Of a stretch of 64,000 bases of DNA, positions 1-12,893 are shown in pieces (positions within the stretch are counted from its first letter, which is position 1; every line of letters begins with the position of its first letter). Under the pieces are notes generated by a model. That model saw only the letters and a list, made by a program, of their open reading frames with translations. It was not told the origin of the DNA and ran no database searches. The DNA is taken from NCBI GenBank assembly GCA_012026655.1, contig JAAILG010001035.1, positions 1-64,000 on the forward strand, read 5' to 3'. Position numbers and translations under genes: made by a program. The DNA comes from Hydrolagus affinis (taxonomy: Eukaryota).

Positions 1-978
1 CTCCCTTACAGTGTAAGATGGTTGTAAGTTGGATGTTATATTCTCAAATCAGTGTCGCCCCCCAGGCCCGCGAGAAAGGCGTGTTGTTTGGCTAAAACAC
101 TCACACCACTGTGGTCTAGAAACTCCTTATATTAGAGGATAGCGCCTGGACAGCGACAGCATTCAAATGAGTGAATGAAGGAAGGACTATCGAGGGGGTG
201 GGTGGGGTTAGGGGATCAGGGCTAATTTTACGGAAGGGCAGTGATGGGAAAAATGTGGCAACATTACAGTGAATATTGACTGAATTCACGTTCAGCTTCT
301 TGCAACAAGACCCTGGTCACCAGCTGAAAGTGTCATTCCTTTTAAACCTCTCTCCCCCTCCTTCCCTCCCTCCCTCCCTCCCCTCAATGGATTTCATAGT
401 AGTTTTCTGGTGGGGAGTTCCCTTTGGCAAAGCAAAGGAAAACTTTATACTTATTACTTACAGGATGGTTTCGGTTTTTTTTCGCGTTGAAGTGAAAATT
501 CCTTCACGTTAAAACGTGGTACAATTATTCGGGAAGTTTATTTAATTACTGTACAAAAATTCTAACACATCACATCACATGGAGTTTTTTTTAAAAACCA
601 AAAAAGATTGCCATGTGTCTGTTTTCACAGAGATATACAGTATATATGTTGCACACACATTGCACTGAGACTGATTGTCATTGTTATATATATATATATA
701 TACAGTAAATACTACAAATAGTGATTTATGTATTGGCGAACCTATGATTACAGCCAGGTTAGCCCTCAGTGCAGAACTAGTATTGAATTTAACAATACAA
801 ATCTGACTGAGAGAGAGTTGGGGAGTGAGGCGTGTGTTATTGTGAATTCCCTTTGCCACGTTTAAACCCTGATTTCTGTGGGAAACTACTCTGGCTATTT
901 TTTATTCACGCTGTATTTTATTTGACACACTCGATTCACGTCATCACTCAGTGTCTCCAATATTTTTAAATTCAGAAT

Positions 979-998
979 TTTGTTTTTTTTGCTGCTTT

Positions 999-1033
<35 letters not shown>

Positions 1034-1335
1034 GGGCGGGCAGACACACAGAGAGGGAGTGAGTCAGAGCGAGTTAGGGGGAAGTAGAGACAGAGACACA
1101 GAGAGAGGGAGAGGGTCAGAGAGAGGGAGAGAATCAGAGAGAGACACACACAGAAAGAGAGAGAGAGTCAGTGGGAGAGACAGAGAGAGGGTCAGAGAGA
1201 GAATCAAAGTGAGAGAGAGTCAGAGGGAGATACAGACACAGAGAGAGTCGGAGAGCGACAGAGAAAGTCAGAGGGAGAGAGGGAAAGAGAGAGTCTGAGG
1301 GAGAGACAGAGAGTGAGAGAGTCAGTGAGAGAGGG
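979..1335 (+). repeat. Degenerate (GA)n polypurine low-complexity tract
   Basis: About 350 bp of gagaga/gacaga/gtcaga units. Explains the spurious RE-rich ORF. Confidence 0.9.
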
Positions 1336-1965
1336 CTTTTAAAGGTCATTTCCCTCCGAGTTATTTACCTGCTGTACAGACACGGCGCTGGAAACCTTTC
1401 TGCGGCTAATTTGTTTCATTTGTCACCTAGGATCTGTCAGCCTCTCAAAGGGCAATCACCGCTCTCCCTCCCTCTTACTTGTGTTAGTTACACAGCGGAT
1501 CCCAGCTCGCCCTCTCTCTCCTTCATTGCTAACGTATTTAAAACCAGTCGGGAAAGGCACACGCCTTTCCACAGACTTACACAGGGGGAGGGAGTGGAGT
1601 AGAGGTGATCCCAAAGAGCACTGTGTTGGAGTGAGATCTAATGGTCTCATTTCTCCCCCAATCCCAAATAACCTTTCAGATGGAATGGGCTAGACTCACA
1701 GCCCCCTGTACACTGCCAGCAAGGCTGATCTCCAGCCTGTAGGTCTCCAGTTTTAACGGTGTTTAAACATGGAAGTGGGTGAGTTAGATAGCAGGCACAC
1801 TGGCAGCTGAAACCTCAACCAGGGGGACTAAGCTGAAGGTTGCCTCTGGTTGTTCAGTTAGTTGTCCACAGTCAGTTTGCTTTGATTCTTGTGGAGGTTT
1901 TCAGTGTTTTGAGAGCTCTGCTTTTTTTTCTACACACACACACACACCCTCAGGAACAAATAATG

Positions 1966-2042
1966 ATCAATCAATCAGTCGATCAGTCAGTTAGACAGTC
2001 ATTCAGTTAGTTAGTTAATCAATCAATCAGTCAATCAGTCAG
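1966..2042 (+). repeat. Degenerate tetranucleotide repeat (TCAA/TCAG/TTAG)
   Basis: tcaatcaatcagtcgatcagtcagttagacagtc... Confidence 0.8.
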
Positions 2043-2280
2043 AAAAGGGAAAAAAAAATGACTCCAGAAATATTTGCCTGTGTGGCTGGGTACAGATTTG
2101 CTTTAGATTAGAGAAACCTGATGATAAATTAGAATCCTACATTTGTGAATGAAAGATGTCAAAGGGACTGACTATCCCTGTCTGTGCTTGTGGCCGTGAT
2201 CACATGGGAGGTCTGAGCCTCCAGAAATCAAGCTTTCTTTCACTTTAATCTCTTTCTGTGTGTGTCTCTCTCTTTCTATT

Positions 2281-2599
2281 GTGGAGTCCGGTAGCTCAGT
2301 GGTTAGAGCACTCGCCTTTCAAGCGTGAGACCTGTGTCTGTGTTCGAATCCAGGCAGGCCAGGGCAAAACCTTGGGCCAGTTTCCTTACTCCACACGCCC
2401 AATAATAATCCCTCATAAAAAAATAATAAATTGGTCATTTCAATCCATGGCTGTGTGTGGGACACTGCTGTGTGCAATTTGCTGCAGTGTTTTGCGCACA
2501 AATATACAGACAATTCACTTTACAGTATATTCTGTGAAGCGCGTTGAGACGTCTAGAAGGCGTCAAAAGCGCTATATCAAATGCAAGGATTATTATTAT
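2281..2599 (+). mobile_element. tRNA-derived SINE, full length, short subfamily
   Basis: A box tagctcagtggttagagc, B box gttcgaatcc, shared body, 3' stem-loop and (TAT)n tail. Many dispersed copies in the window. Confidence 0.9.
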
Positions 2600-4409
2600 T
2601 CTATCTGCTTCTCTCTCTCTGTGTGTACCTCACTGTTTGCTGTCCCTGTGCCTCTCTACCGCATCCTTTGTTTCTATTCATATTGATCATGTCCCAAGTT
2701 CCATTTCCACTCTAAATCCTTGTCTTTCACTGCGTGTGTGTGTTTGTGTTGAGGTGTGTGTGTGTTCCTCTCTATCCTTGCATGTCGACCATGCCCCTCT
2801 CCCTGGTAGAGTTGGCGTTGATTGCCTTCAGTCAGGACTGAATAGAGAGAAACTCTATTTGCTTTACTTGTTGGTTTCTTCTATGGTTTGTTTGTCAATT
2901 CCAAATATTTAGGGGAAAAAAATTGTGTCTAGAAAGAGCCAAAGCAATGACTTGCACTGAGAGTTTAGAAATACTATTTAGCAGAACCCTCTCACACTTG
3001 ATTTGCAAATATTCCAACCAATTCAATGGATCCAAACATAATTTGTATTTATACTGAAATACAAGAGACCTGTAGAGGATTATAATAATCCTTGCATTTT
3101 GATACAGCACTTTTCACGTTTCACAGGTGAGACTTGTGTTCGAATCCAGGTAGGGCGAAACCTTGGACAAGTTTCCTTACTCTGATCCTCCTTTGATGCA
3201 GTCCATATTGATTTTGTTTTACAGTTTAGTAGAAAAGTGTAAATGCATTTACACTGCTGTTTGCTGTTACTGGTTTTCATTTCTTTTTAACAATCTGATG
3301 AATAATATTTACAAAATGATTGAGTTGCGGTCCCGACTTTATGTGTGTCATCCATCAAAAGCTATGACTTTAAAGCCTATTCTTTCATCGCCTTGTTTCT
3401 CTCTCCATTTCTCTTTGTATTCTTTTACCCCCTTTGCCTTCTGACCCCCCTCCCCACCCAGTGCCTTGGGACACCTCCTGACGTGAAAGGCACTCTATAA
3501 ATGTAATTTTGTTGTTGTTGTTGGATCTACTTTACATAATTGCTCAAGTGTCAAATTCGAAGTTTGACACTATTTTCCCAAACATTTCTGGCCTGAGCAC
3601 ATTAGTGACTCAACCAAGGCCACCGCTTGTCCACCTTATTGGAGATCTGAAGCCTCCTCAGGTCTATGGCTTACACTCAGTTAAAGCACACAGAGGTTTC
3701 ATGATACACTGGCACCTTGATTTTAAAAAAAAACCTTTCCTTTACTTGACCTACTCCATCAAAACCCCAAGTCATATTAGGACTAGGTTCACTCATCAGT
3801 CACCAGAGATTTAAAGAGTGATTACTAAAGTTAATGCCATGTAAATGGAACACTATATGTGTAATATATATTCAATTTGATGATCTAGGTGCAGGCCTGA
3901 TTTTCACTGTGTAGTGCATTAAGTTGAAAAGGGTGTGAGAGACCAGCAGGAAATATATTTTATCCGGTACATTTTTGATCGGATATTTTTTTCTCCTCTC
4001 TGTTCTCTTTCACTCTCTCTCTGATCTATGTGTATTTACAATACAGGTAAACATACCCTGGCTACCTGTATTGCCATTGCTGAGGCATGTGAGCCCAGAC
4101 AAATTGTAGCATCCCTATAGCTTCCTGATGAAACTCAACCAATTTAACACGTGGGAAGGTCTGGGTTTAAATGGGTCCATTTCACACAGGCCAGTCACTT
4201 CATCAACCGAGTTTTCAGTATAATATCGCTTCTCCTTCCATGAAGACATTGGTTGAATTCTGATGTCGCATGGTCAGTCAGTAGTTTGTGATCAGACATA
4301 CACCTTTTAACACTTTCATTCCATGTGACTCAAACCACTCTGTTTATCTGCTATAAATTGATTGGAGAGTGCTTATAATGATGTTTTATGTTTACTATGT
4401 ATGTACATA

Positions 4410-4793
4410 GAGTCCTGTAGCTTAGTCGTTAGAGCACTTGCCTCGCAAGCGAAAAACCTGCATTTGATTCCTGGGTGGACGAAATGTTGGGCAATTTTCC
4501 TTACTCCACACACGCGCAGTTTACCTAGCAGTAACTAGGAACCCGGTTGTTGGTTGAATGGCAGTGGCTTTTCTGGAAGTAATAATTCTGTTTTTTTTAA
4601 AAATCCTATTAATAACTTGGTAATCAATAATAAACAATCCGGGATTGTTTGTGGGACACTGATGTGCGCAGTTGGCTGCCGCTTTTTCCCCACAAAATAT
4701 GCAGTCAATTCAGCTTACAGTGTGTTCTGTGAAGCGCTTTGAGACATCTCAAAGACGTGATAAAGCGCTACATCAAATGCAAGGATTATTATT
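4410..4793 (+). mobile_element. tRNA-derived SINE, long subfamily
   Basis: Same head and tail plus an internal segment tttacctagcagtaactaggaacccggttg. Confidence 0.88.
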
Positions 4794-5183
4794 AGTGGTA
4801 TGTATTTACGTATCAATCTTTCCCTTACCTTTGCTATTGTTGCAGCTAGTGCTGTTTGGTTCATGTTGATATTCCAGGAACTTTTCTCCATTTTACTGTC
4901 TCATCTGTAACGGTTTGTTTTGTTAGACACACAAGAGCAGAAGTGAAAATATATCTTAAGAATTTTAAAATGTTGAAGAAAAGGAGGACAAGTATTGTTT
5001 TCATGTTTAAAATATTGTATTCATCTGTGAGGAGGATAATGCTTATGGTATAGCAACTGCTTTATTTCCTGAAATGGCATTTTTAGAGTTCAGTGAGAAG
5101 ATTTTGCAATTTCAACAACGCAATTTCACAGTTTGCACTTCAGAGCAGATTTGTTAGAAACATTGAAACAGGAGAGTACAGCT

Positions 5184-5493
5184 ATAATAATAATAAAATA
5201 ATAATCCTTGCATTTGATAGCACTTTTCACGTCTTCTAGACGTCTCAAAGCAGTTCACAGAATATATTGTAAGTGAATTGACTGTATATTTATGGGAGAA
5301 ATGCGGCAGCCAATTGGGCACAGCAGTGTCCTACAAATAGTGATGGATTGAAATGACCAAATAATTATTGTATTTTTTTGGGGAAATTATTATTAGGTGT
5401 GTGAAGTAAAGAACTTCCCCAAGGTTTCGCCCTGCCTGAAATTGAACCCAGGTCTCCCGCTTGTAAGGCGAGCGCTCAAACCACTGAGCTACA
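5184..5493 (-). mobile_element. tRNA-derived SINE, short subfamily
   Basis: Reverse complement of the SINE consensus (ataatccttgcatttgata...ccactgagctaca). Confidence 0.88.
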
Positions 5494-5856
5494 AACCAAA
5501 GAGCTCATATGAAAGGAAACAACTAAAAAAAATTGGGTACTGTATAAAATGTAAGGCAAAGTACAGCAAGTATACTTGTGCTTTAAGATATTTCAGGGAA
5601 AATATTTTGTGACACTTTGATGAGCCTGTTTATTGCTGTATCTATCTACCAGATCTTTTATCTGCGCTATTAGTTGATGGAAGCAAAAAAGTCAAAGAAC
5701 CAGATATGATTGAGTCTGAAATTCATGTCCTGTACTGTCCTCACTTTCCTTCCCTCCTTCCCATTATCAGTTTCCAGGCTGCTACATTTTATGCCTCCAC
5801 TCTCTGAAACTTCCTTAGTGTTATTCCATCTTTTTCTACCTGTTACAAACACTTTG

Positions 5857-6187
5857 AAATCCTGTAGCTTAATGGTTAGAGCAGTTGCATTGTAAGTGAG
5901 AGGACCTTGGTTCGATTCCCGGCTGGGCAAAACATTGGGCAAGTTTCTTTACTCCACATGCCTCTGTTTATCTAGCAGAAAGTAGGAACCCAGTTGTTAG
6001 TCGATTGGCAGATTGCTTTTCTGGGGGTAATAATCCCTTCAAAAAAATATATTAATTTGGTCACTCAATCCATGATTGTTTGTGGAACACTGCGTTTTGC
6101 AGTATTTTGTAGTACGGTACTGTGAAGCGTTTTGAGACGTCTCGAAAAAGTGATAAAGCACGATATCAAATGCAAGGATTATTATTA
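5857..6187 (+). mobile_element. tRNA-derived SINE, long subfamily
   Basis: Head with ggttcgattccc, internal gcctctgtttatctagcagaaagtaggaacccag segment, tail caaatgcaaggattattatt. Confidence 0.88.
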
Positions 6188-6928
6188 ATCCTTTGACTGT
6201 ACATGTTTGAAAATATTCCCTATCTCTCTCTGCTCAGTGCTCCCCAAAATGAGAGAAGGAGATTCCCCCAGTGTTCTGGGCAATAATCTTCCAAATAAAA
6301 TCGGTCATTCACTTCACAGCAGTTTGTGGGACACTGCTTGAGCAAATTGGCTGATGTGCTTGCCTACAAATACACAGTCACTACACTTCTCAGGAAAATC
6401 CTAATGCTTTCAAAGTGCTGAGCGAAGTCTTAACAAGATGATAAGGCTCTGTATCAAATGCCATGATCAGTATAACATCAGGAAATAAAATAAAACGTGT
6501 TGCTAAACAAAATGTAGCATCCTCTAATGTCTAAAACATACACAGATAAATATTTTAAACACAAAATCCATCCTTTTCCTCAGTTACCTTCTCCATGCAA
6601 GTAATTGGCTAGTCAGGTGATTAGCAATGTTATTGCTGCAGAAAAAAGAAAAGTCAAACACAGGACCTTTTCTCTTCCCCTACAACAGCTCGTTCAGTTT
6701 CTATTAATAATAGTAATAATAATATTGATAGCAAAATAAATTTATGTTCTTGAGGGTTTACCACATTGACATTTTTTTTTCCAGTTTCAAAGCCAGTTTT
6801 AGAGACCAAATGTCAGTTTATGAATCCAAAATACAATATAATATTCTAACTGCTGTATATTGATCTGATGAACCCTCCACCCCTCCCACCTACATTGCTT
6901 TATATGAATTTGTTATTTCGGTGTTTGA

Positions 6929-7180
<252 letters not shown>

Positions 7181-7736
7181 TAATGGCCCATAGGGGGTGC
7201 ACCGCACAACGCTAGCCCACACTGTGACCTACCTACAGGCAATGGACAAGCAGCAACTTCATTTTGTTGTTATGGTTTGTGAAAGACTTACTTACAGCGC
7301 CCGAGACTTGGAACGGCAGAGAAAACAAGATCATCTTATCATGTTAACAGTCTTGTGTTTCTATATATATATATTTTATTAGAAATCCCCCTTTACGTAA
7401 ATATAGTATATTCCGGGAAGCATTGTGACACAGCTAGAAGACGTGTAAAGCGCTATATCAAATGCAAGGATTCTTCTTCTTCTTTTGATTATTATTATAT
7501 GGTAGCCAACTTTACCACGTGCACACACCATCCTCTCGACAAAATTGGGAGTTGATAATATGGTGCAAAAATACTCCCACATTTTGACCTCCTCTGATTA
7601 GAAGGAAAGCCCTGCAAAAAGTGGAGATTGTCAAGAAACATTCAAATCCAGAAAGTTTCACTGAAAAAATCCTAAATGTTGAAAATCTAAAGGTATGGTA
7701 CATGTAGTGGCTGCATGAGTGTGAGTCTGATACGTT

Positions 7737-7930
7737 AGTAGCTCAGTGGTTAGAGCACTCCCCTTGCAAGCAATTCCAGGGAGGTCAGGGCAAAACCTTG
7801 GGCAAGTTTCTTTACTTCACTCGTCTGATACTAATCCCTCAAAAAGAACAATAATGAATTGGTCATTTCGATCCACAACTGTTTGTGGACACTGCTGTGC
7901 GCAATTGATCCATGCTGTTGAGATATTTCA
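7737..7930 (+). mobile_element. tRNA-derived SINE, partial
   Basis: tagctcagtggttagagcac...ccttgggcaagtttc...ctgtgcgcaattg. Confidence 0.8.
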
Positions 7931-8699
7931 AAGCGCTTCACACAATATACTGGAAAGTGTAGTGACTTTGTGTTTTATGGGCGAAAATTTATGTCATCAA
8001 GGTGAATGTTTCCTGCTTTCTGCAGAATGTGTTCATACATAGCTAACTTATTCAGTTCATCATTTCATAGAATTATAGAATTATACAGCACAGAAGGAGG
8101 CCATTTGGCCCATTTGAACTCATTTCAAAATCACTTGGAGTTTTTGTAAACTTCATAATTAGCTCCACTCTTCAAGCACATTTGAGGATTTTTGTTTAAC
8201 CTACTCCAGCTACAGTGTTTATTCCTTGCCAATTTTCTTTCCTCCTTTTCTCAAGATGCTTCAGCACTTTTTTTCCTACGACTGAGGTACAGTCTCCTGT
8301 GTGTTGATCATAAGCATGATAATAATAATCCTTGCATTTAATATAGCTCCTTATCACATCTTCAACATGTCTCAAAGCGCTTATAAGATACACTGCAAAG
8401 CGAATTGACTGTATTTTGTGGGCAAACTCATTATAATGTAGTGTCTTGAGCTTACTGAATGTCATTCGCTGATAAATATTGTTTAAAAAAAACAGAGCTT
8501 CCCTACCTAACTCAGGTTAATTGTTGTACCTCTAGTAATAATAATAATCCTTGCATTTTGATGTAGCGCTTTTCACATCTTATCGACGTCTCAAAGTGCT
8601 TCACAGAATATACTGTAAAGTGAATTGACTGTATATTTGTGGGCGAAATGTAGTACTGTAATACTAATAGTAGTCCTTACATTTGACGTAGTGCCTTAT

Positions 8700-8955
8700 C
8701 ACGCCTCTTCAGCCACTCTGCCCCAATCTCCGGAATTCCATCCCGAAGTCCCCCTGCCTCGCCCCCTCCCTGGACTCCTTCAAGTCTCGCCTCAAGACTC
8801 TCCTCTCGACGGACACATCGGCAACTCCTTAACCCCCCTTCCCCCCACCCCCGTCCTCAGCTCGGGTCTGAAGCAGTAACTGTCCAGCAACTTGGGACGT
8901 CCTCCTGATGTGAAGGGCACTATACAAATGTAATTTTGTTGTTGTTGTTGTTGTT
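8700..8955 (+). mobile_element. L2-like LINE 3' fragment
   Basis: ccttcaagtctcgcctcaagac...ttgggacgtcctcctgatgtgaagggcactatacaaatgtaatttt followed by (GTT)n. Confidence 0.8.
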
Positions 8956-9647
8956 AATACTGTTGCATAGACCAAGAATTGAATATTGTGATCTTTCCAG
9001 CGTGTGCCTAAACAAGCTTACTGAATAAATTCACTGAACTATTTGGGGAGCTTCAGATTTATCCACTACACTTAAAAATCTTTTCTTTTTTTTTAACTCT
9101 GAGTGCCACGTGAGGGTTTAGCTGCAGAAATAAATGTATAATCATTTCTTAAATTAGGATTCATTTCGAGAACGCTGCAAACACAGATGGTTGTATACAT
9201 TTGCTTGATGCTAGTTTGGGACTTCTAGATTATAGCGGGCACACAAAACTACATTACAATGATTTATCATCTATCAGAGCACTGGGATGCAGGTTCTTAA
9301 TAATCATTGTCAATCTGGTCAGCTATTGTAGGGACAGGCACATAGCTAGGTGCTTTCCTAGGGGTGGTGGGGGGGGTGGGGGAGGGGGGGTGTCAGCCTC
9401 ACTCGCGCACCCACACACTATTCCACTTACCTGAGGAATACGGCCACAATACAGAAAACATGACAACAGGGCAGCTGAGAAAAATACAAAGTAAATGATC
9501 CCTTCGATAAACAGCAAATTTGTTTTGTATCTTATGATGTCAAGTTAAAGGGTTAATCAGTTGCTTGAAAGAACAGTAACTAATGAGGTGACTTGCAGAT
9601 TCCTTTGTTTTCCACTGACTACTCTCTTTGATGTTCCATTGGTTCAG

Positions 9648-9712
9648 GATTATTCGGACCAAGGTGCAGCAGCCCCCAAATCAACAATCTCCAGTCTCAT
9701 CTCATACCATAG
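9648..9712 (+). CDS. pax5: Pax5 exon 4 (65 nt, phase 2-1)
   Basis: ggttcag|G ATT ATT CGG ACC AAG GTG CAG CAG CCC CCA AAT ... ATA G|gtgagt encodes (R)IIRTKVQQPPNQQSPVSSHTI, matching Pax5 IIRTKVQQPPNQ. Too short to appear in the ORF track. Confidence 0.96.
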
Positions 9713-9749
9713 GTGAGTGTAACCCCTTCACATCTATGAGAGATAGCTC

Positions 9750-9875
9750 AGTCCTGTAGCTTAGTGGTTAGAGCACATGGCTTGCAAACGAGACGCTCTG
9801 GGTTCGATTCCTGGGCAGGGTGAAACATTGAGCAAGTTTCCTTACTCTGCTTTCCTAGCAGTAAGTAGAATTCTT
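9750..9875 (+). mobile_element. tRNA-derived SINE 5' part, about 40 bp downstream of the exon 4 donor
   Basis: gtcctgtagcttagtggttagagcac...gggttcgattcc...gcaagtttccttact. Confidence 0.8.
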
Positions 9876-12761
9876 AGTTGATTTGAAAGATTCTTGTTTA
9901 TCTGTGTATTTTTTAGAACTCAGTGCTGGAATGGGCATTACTGTTTCAGCACTCTGTTACAATGAGCGGACACCATACCCTCCCAACCTGACTCAATATC
10001 CTACATACCCGAGATTTTTAGAAAGGAAATCTCAATAAATTGCAAGTTATCGTATGCTTGGAAGTGAAGCCTAGCTGTTAGCTAACATGTACCTTCTTGT
10101 GCATGAAATTGAGCAGTTGTATTGAAACTGTCATCTTGGTGGTAAAACATGTACTAATATTAGCATCTCCCCTTTCAGCGCCTTTGGGACGTCCTCGCGA
10201 CATGAAAGGCGCTATTCAGTTGTAATTTTGTTGTTGTTGTTCCCCTTCTAATGATAAACTATCAATTTTGTGGTTGCAGAAGAGATGTCTTGAAGGCTGT
10301 TTAATATTCACGTTTAGTGTTTAGAAATTCAGAATCTGCCAGTATAAAAAATGTTTCTTTTATATCTGAAACTTCTAAGTGAAAGGAGTGCGTAATAAGT
10401 TGATTAATTTACAGAGCGTTAAGTAGGAACCCGGCTGATAGTCGATTGGCGGATCGCTTTAATGTGGGTAATAATCCCTTTTAAAAAAACAATTTTTGTC
10501 GCTCAATCCACGACTGTTTGTGGGACACTGATGTGTGCAATTGGCTGCCACGTTTTGCCCACTTCACAGTATAATCCATGAAGCACTTTGAGACGTCTAG
10601 AAGAGCTGATACATGTTCCCTTCCTTGTCCATCTTTGATTTGAATATACCCTCAGAGGCCATTATAGTATGTAGCCTTGATCAGATTACAGTAGATCTAA
10701 AGCTTGATGGGTGGATTAACCTCTAATTACTTACTACCTGTTTAAGCAATTACTAAAACGCATGCTGATTGTTATTATGGATACATTTTTCCATATAACA
10801 ATTGCCGTTCTTAAATCTCTTCACCGTCTCTGCGTTTCTAAGGAATTCAATACTTCAAATGAATTTCACTAATATAACCTGGGTTTTGAAGTCTGACGAT
10901 TATTATGATAAATAGATTTCGCATTGTAATACAAAATTGAAATCTAAAATTTAAAACGGCAATAGAAACCCCATAGAAAGTGATGTAATTAAAGTAATAA
11001 ATCAACAAAAGGTACTTATTCATTACATTTTCTGCACCATTAGGCAGTGAGGACTTTGGAAAGTTTTTTTTCCTTTTCTTTTAATTCCGTTTCCTTGGCT
11101 TCCCTTTATGTGCAGATTGTGTCATTGGCGTGTGCAATGCGTTATCTGTGACTCAGCTTTTTAGCAGAATATAATTTTTTTCCTTCCCACCCCCACCCCC
11201 TTTCACCTCATATAGCGGTTCATTCGTTGGAATATGTTACTACAGGGTGACCAAAGAGTCGTGATACCATTACAATGTCTGAATAAATCTGAAAGAAGTG
11301 ATGATATATTTTTTAGTTAATAGGGTGGTTATCAAGACCCTGTAATAATCTTTAGTTCAGCAGTAAACGGCAACAATCTGCCCACGTTGTACTACTGTTG
11401 TGAGCACAGCAGCGTTTTAAAACAGCTAAGAAGCTTTTCAAAGGGTTTTCTCCTATACCGTACCCCCTCTTGAACGCCACTGTATTTAGTACATCAGCAT
11501 TTATTTCTTTTCCTAAAAAATATCTCAACCAGTCTCTCCTCCTCTTCGTAAATTTATGATTGAGATAGAAGCAAGATATTATGGCCACTGCTCGTCCTAC
11601 AAGAATTCACAATAATAAAGGGTTATTGAGCCCCAATAATAAAATACTATTAATAGTAATATTCCTTACATTTCATATATCGCCTGACCATGTGGTAAGG
11701 ATTTCTCAAAGCGCTTCACAGGTTAAACTGTAGAGCCACGGTGTTGACTGTGAGTATGGTCAGTTTATTTGACTATAGTGGGGGTGGGAGAGAAGCATTT
11801 CAGTGAAGGTATCAGCACTTTGTCTCCACACGTGAATGGTTTTTCAGCTCGGGTCACAAGATAGTCATCAAGCAGAGTTGCGTTCAATTTTTTAAATTTA
11901 CTTTTAATTAGGAGGCATGCGCTTAACTTATTCCCATTCTCACTCGACATCCATGCATGACAACTTTACAAGCAAAAGGGTCACTGCACAGCGATCGGGA
12001 GAGAAGCAACTTGGAAGTAATGTGTGTCCCTCGCCCCTACATAGCCCAGTGTTTGCATGTTGATAGTGGCATCCCAGCAGGCTTGTGTGAGGTGAGCTGT
12101 TACACGTAAAACAAGTCACACCTAGGACCTTTGTGTGTGTGTGTGGCTCAGATCCATATCATGTAGTGATTTAGCACAGCCTACAATGTTCCTTTTATGT
12201 GCCTATGTGCCCTCTATCCCACAGGGATCTTTGTTTCTGTCCAGTGTCAATAATATATCTATCTATCTAATAATAATCCTAAATTTGATGTGGAGCCTTT
12301 TACTTTGCAAGGACATTTTGTGGGTGAAATTGACTGGATAATCATGTCTAGGGATCTTATTTCCTACTATGCCTTGGTCCCTTCACTAATACTATCAATC
12401 CTGATTCAAGTTGCTTGATCTGGTTGGGAGCCACATGTTCAGCGCCTTGGGACGTCCTCCCGACTTGAAAGGCACTCTATCAATGTAATTTTGTTGTTGT
12501 TCATGCAGTTGACAACTGGTTCACCCTAAAGGGCTTGGGACTTATCATGTAAAATGGTAGGGGTGGGGGTGGGGGATGGAGGGGGGGTGGGGCTGGCACT
12601 GATTCATGGAGGATACACCAAAAAGCTCAAAACATCCAGATGTTAAAAACTTTTGGTGGCATCAATGGAACAATAAACGTTGGGAACCATTCACAGGTGT
12701 GGGAATTTCCAGATGTCCCAGGTACTCTGTTTGAATTGTTGCTGTGTTACTCCCCTAACAG

Positions 12762-12893
12762 CACCAAGTACAGTGCCAGTGACACCCATCTCTTCAGTTT
12801 CCAATGATCCAGCGGGCTCTTCCTACTCCATCAGCGGAATCCTGGGAATCACAGCCTCCAGTGCGGAGAGTAACAAGAGAAAACGCGATGAAG
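12762..12893 (+). CDS. pax5: Pax5 exon 5, octapeptide and basic NLS-like motif (132 nt, phase 1-1)
   Basis: cctaacag|CA...GAT GAA G|gtaagt encodes [52 protein letters not shown] is the Pax5-type octapeptide. Confidence 0.96.

Noticed and set aside
951-1349. RE/SR-rich ORFs
   Set aside because: Translation of a GA-rich simple repeat.
2283-2355. tRNA-like sequence here and at other SINE heads
   Set aside because: A and B boxes are present but each is followed by the SINE body, copies are divergent, and no complete cloverleaf is evident.
1-6900. Pax5 exon 2 (GHGGVNQLGG...)
   Set aside because: No matching sequence found by eye; presumably upstream of the window.
9361-9391. G-run tracts with G-quadruplex potential (also near 12560, 23163 and 32907)
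   Set aside because: Common low-complexity runs with no further evidence of function.
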